From NCBI GenBank assembly GCA_902479195.1, contig CABSNT010000001.1, forward strand, positions 1 to 62,524: 62,524 nt of DNA. The letters are read 5' to 3'. The stretch is from an uncultured Collinsella sp. (GTDB lineage Bacteria > Actinomycetota > Coriobacteriia > Coriobacteriales > Coriobacteriaceae). A program made the position numbers and the translations under genes. Shown piece by piece: positions 60,811 through 62,524 of the stretch (position 1 is the first letter of the stretch; each line of letters opens with the position of its first letter). The notes beneath the pieces are model-generated. The model worked only from the letters and a program-made list of their open reading frames with translations, searched no databases and was not told the DNA's origin.

Positions 60811-60825
60811 CCGAAAGGCTTACAC

Positions 60826-61485
60826 GTGAACGAAGAACCTCAAGTCCTCTACTGCGACGCCTGGCTTATGGCCATCGACAAGCCCGCCGACATGATCGTC
60901 CACGGCGACGGCACCGGCGAGCGCACGCTCACCGACTACGCCAGCGACCTGCTGCTGGCGATGGGCGACGGCTTTGCCGCGACCGACATGCAGCCGCTCA
61001 ATCGCCTGGACCGTGACACCACCGGCGTGGTGCTGTTCTCGCTCGACAAGCAGACGCAGCCCGCCTTTGACCAGATGGTCATCGACCACGCGTTCGAAAA
61101 GCACTACCTAGCGCTCGCCGAGGGCAAGATCGACTGGAACGAAAAGCTCATCGACAAGCCCATCGCCCGCGACCGTCACGACAGCCGAAAGATGCGCGTC
61201 GGCGCCAGCGGCAAGCCGTCTCAAACGCGCGTGAAGGTGCTCAAACGCCTTAAGAGCCGTCGTGGCCTGCCCACGCGCTCGTATATCGATGTCGAGTTAC
61301 TCACCGGCCGCAAGCACCAAATCCGTGTGCATCTGGCAAGCGAGCGCCATCCCCTGGTTGGCGACGACCTGTACGGAACGCCGCGCCCCTGCGGCCTGAT
61401 GCTCCACGCCCACAGCGTGTCCTTCACGCATCCCGTAACCGGCGAGCACATCCACATCGAAGCCCCCTGCCCCTGGGAGCCCTAA
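60826..61485 (+). CDS. RluA family pseudouridine synthase
   Basis: DKPA, NRLDRDTTG, TGRKHQIRVH and GDDLYG motifs. Confidence 0.93.
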   Translation: MNEEPQVLYCDAWLMAIDKPADMIVHGDGTGERTLTDYASDLLLAMGDGFAATDMQPLNRLDRDTTGVVLFSLDKQTQPAFDQMVIDHAFEKHYLALAEGKIDWNEKLIDKPIARDRHDSRKMRVGASGKPSQTRVKVLKRLKSRRGLPTRSYIDVELLTGRKHQIRVHLASERHPLVGDDLYGTPRPCGLMLHAHSVSFTHPVTGEHIHIEAPCPWEP

Positions 61486-61524
61486 ACCACCACAATGGGG
61501 ACAGGCACCTTTGTGGTGGTTTTG
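61485..61524. repeat. REP-like hairpin, copy 1
   Basis: AACCACCACAA-TGGGGACAGGCACCT-TTGTGGTGGTT. Confidence 0.85.
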
Positions 61525-61554
61525 CCGCAATGGCTCAGCCGCGGTCCCAAAACG

Positions 61555-61770
61555 TCTCGATCTGTAACAGTTAGAACCCATTTTCCGGTCTATCTGTTAC
61601 AGATCGAGACATTCGAATCCCCCTCAAGGGAAAATCTCAATCTGTAACAATAACTCGGCAAAATCGGTCCCAGATGTTACAGATTGAGACAAAGGGACGG
61701 CGCGGTTCGGAAGTATCTCAATCTGTAATATCTAACCCACTTTTAACGGTCCAGTTGTTACAGACGTAGA
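61555..61770. repeat. Array of alternating inverted 15-mers (TCTCRATCTGTAACA), about 80-bp period
   Basis: Forward at 61555/61635/61716, reverse at 61595/61675/61756; 25-26-nt spacers. Confidence 0.85.
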
Positions 61771-61787
61771 CAAACCGGTAGACAACG

Positions 61788-61824
61788 AAAGCGGCAACGC
61801 CCGTGATGGACGTTGCCGCTTTTC
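61788..61824. terminator. Bidirectional terminator
   Basis: AAAGCGGCAACG...CGTTGCCGCTTTT. Confidence 0.75.
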
Positions 61825-61854
61825 TATTGAGAAAACTACTCGGTTTCCGTTGCT

Positions 61855-61894
61855 AACCACCACAATGGGGACAGGCCCCTTTGTGGTGGTTTTG
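61855..61894. repeat. REP-like hairpin, copy 2
   Basis: 39/40 identical to 61485-61524. Confidence 0.85.
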
Positions 61895-61915
61895 GCCTTA
61901 GCCCGTCCCCTGCTG

Positions 61916-62524
61916 CTAGACCGTGATGACGTTGTCCATCGACTGGTACTTGGCGGGTACCTCGCCCGCAGTGATGATCGTTGCATCACGAAAGTCCGCG
62001 AACTTGACGGGCGCCACCATGCCGAATTTGCTGGCGTCTGAGATTACGAAGCGTTTGGCGGTATGGCGCATCGAGATACGCTTGACTTGCGCTTCCTCGA
62101 TATCCGGTGTGGTGAGACCTTGCTCGGCGGCGATGCCATTGGAACCCCAAAAGCCGCAGTTGAAGTTATAGCGGTCCAGGGTTGCCAAGGCATCGGGACC
62201 GACGAGCGCCTCGGTCTCGGGCTTGAGCTCGCCGCCCAGCACCACGGTGCGCATGCCGCGCAGAGCGAGATGCTGAGCATGGAGCACGGAGTCGGTCACA
62301 TAGGTGACGCCCTCAAGGCGCGGAAGATGCTCGATGAGCCTAAGCGTCGTGGAGCCCGAATCGATATACACAAAGCTATCGGGCTCCACAAGCGCCGCCG
62401 CACGGGCGCAGATACGCTCCTTGTCGTCGTTATGGAGATCGCTGCGCTCGCTGATCGTTAGGTCGCGCGTCACGTGCGCGCGCTCAAGACTCGTCGCCCC
62501 ACCGTGGACCTTGGCGATGCGGTG
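61916..62524 (-). CDS. DeoR/GlpR (FruR-like) regulator, 5' end outside the window
   Basis: KVHGGA, IDSGSTT, LGGELK and DASKFG motifs. Confidence 0.9.
   Translation of the reverse strand, partial: HRIAKVHGGATSLERAHVTRDLTISERSDLHNDDKERICARAAALVEPDSFVYIDSGSTTLRLIEHLPRLEGVTYVTDSVLHAQHLALRGMRTVVLGGELKPETEALVGPDALATLDRYNFNCGFWGSNGIAAEQGLTTPDIEEAQVKRISMRHTAKRFVISDASKFGMVAPVKFADFRDATIITAGEVPAKYQSMDNVITV

Overview
High-GC actinobacterial chromosome segment. Protein style and gene content suggest Coriobacteriia, probably Collinsella (inference). Layout: (1) 1-4.7 kb, decayed island edge with an ABC ATPase and permease, a DUF2975 + XRE cassette and a broken tyrosine integrase. (2) 5-19.6 kb, housekeeping genes: ACT protein, citrate synthase, two Cof hydrolases, adenine deaminase, tyrS, a U32 protein, a class A PBP, argR, GT2 and truA. 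(3) 19.7-29.5 kb, ribosomal alpha/spc genes, which begin unusually at rplE behind their own promoter and structured leader; rplN/rplX are not in the window. (4) 29.8-58 kb, a selenium/molybdenum-dependent anaerobic purine (urate) degradation locus: xdhC, yqeB, yqeC, hydA, mocA, ygeW, ygeY, dpaL, xdh, ferredoxin, ygfK, ssnA, NCS2 permease, two PAS-HTH regulators and ridA. It is interrupted at about 40-47 kb by an accessory block. In that block three ~62-bp-period arrays of alternating inverted 14-mers bracket an AAA-ATPase/PD-(D/E)XK gene and an AbiEi/DUF559-like nuclease gene; this is the most novel-looking element in the window. (5) 58.3-62.5 kb, a U32/RlhA-like gene, an RluA gene, a second and different alternating-inverted array between REP-like hairpins, and a partial DeoR regulator.
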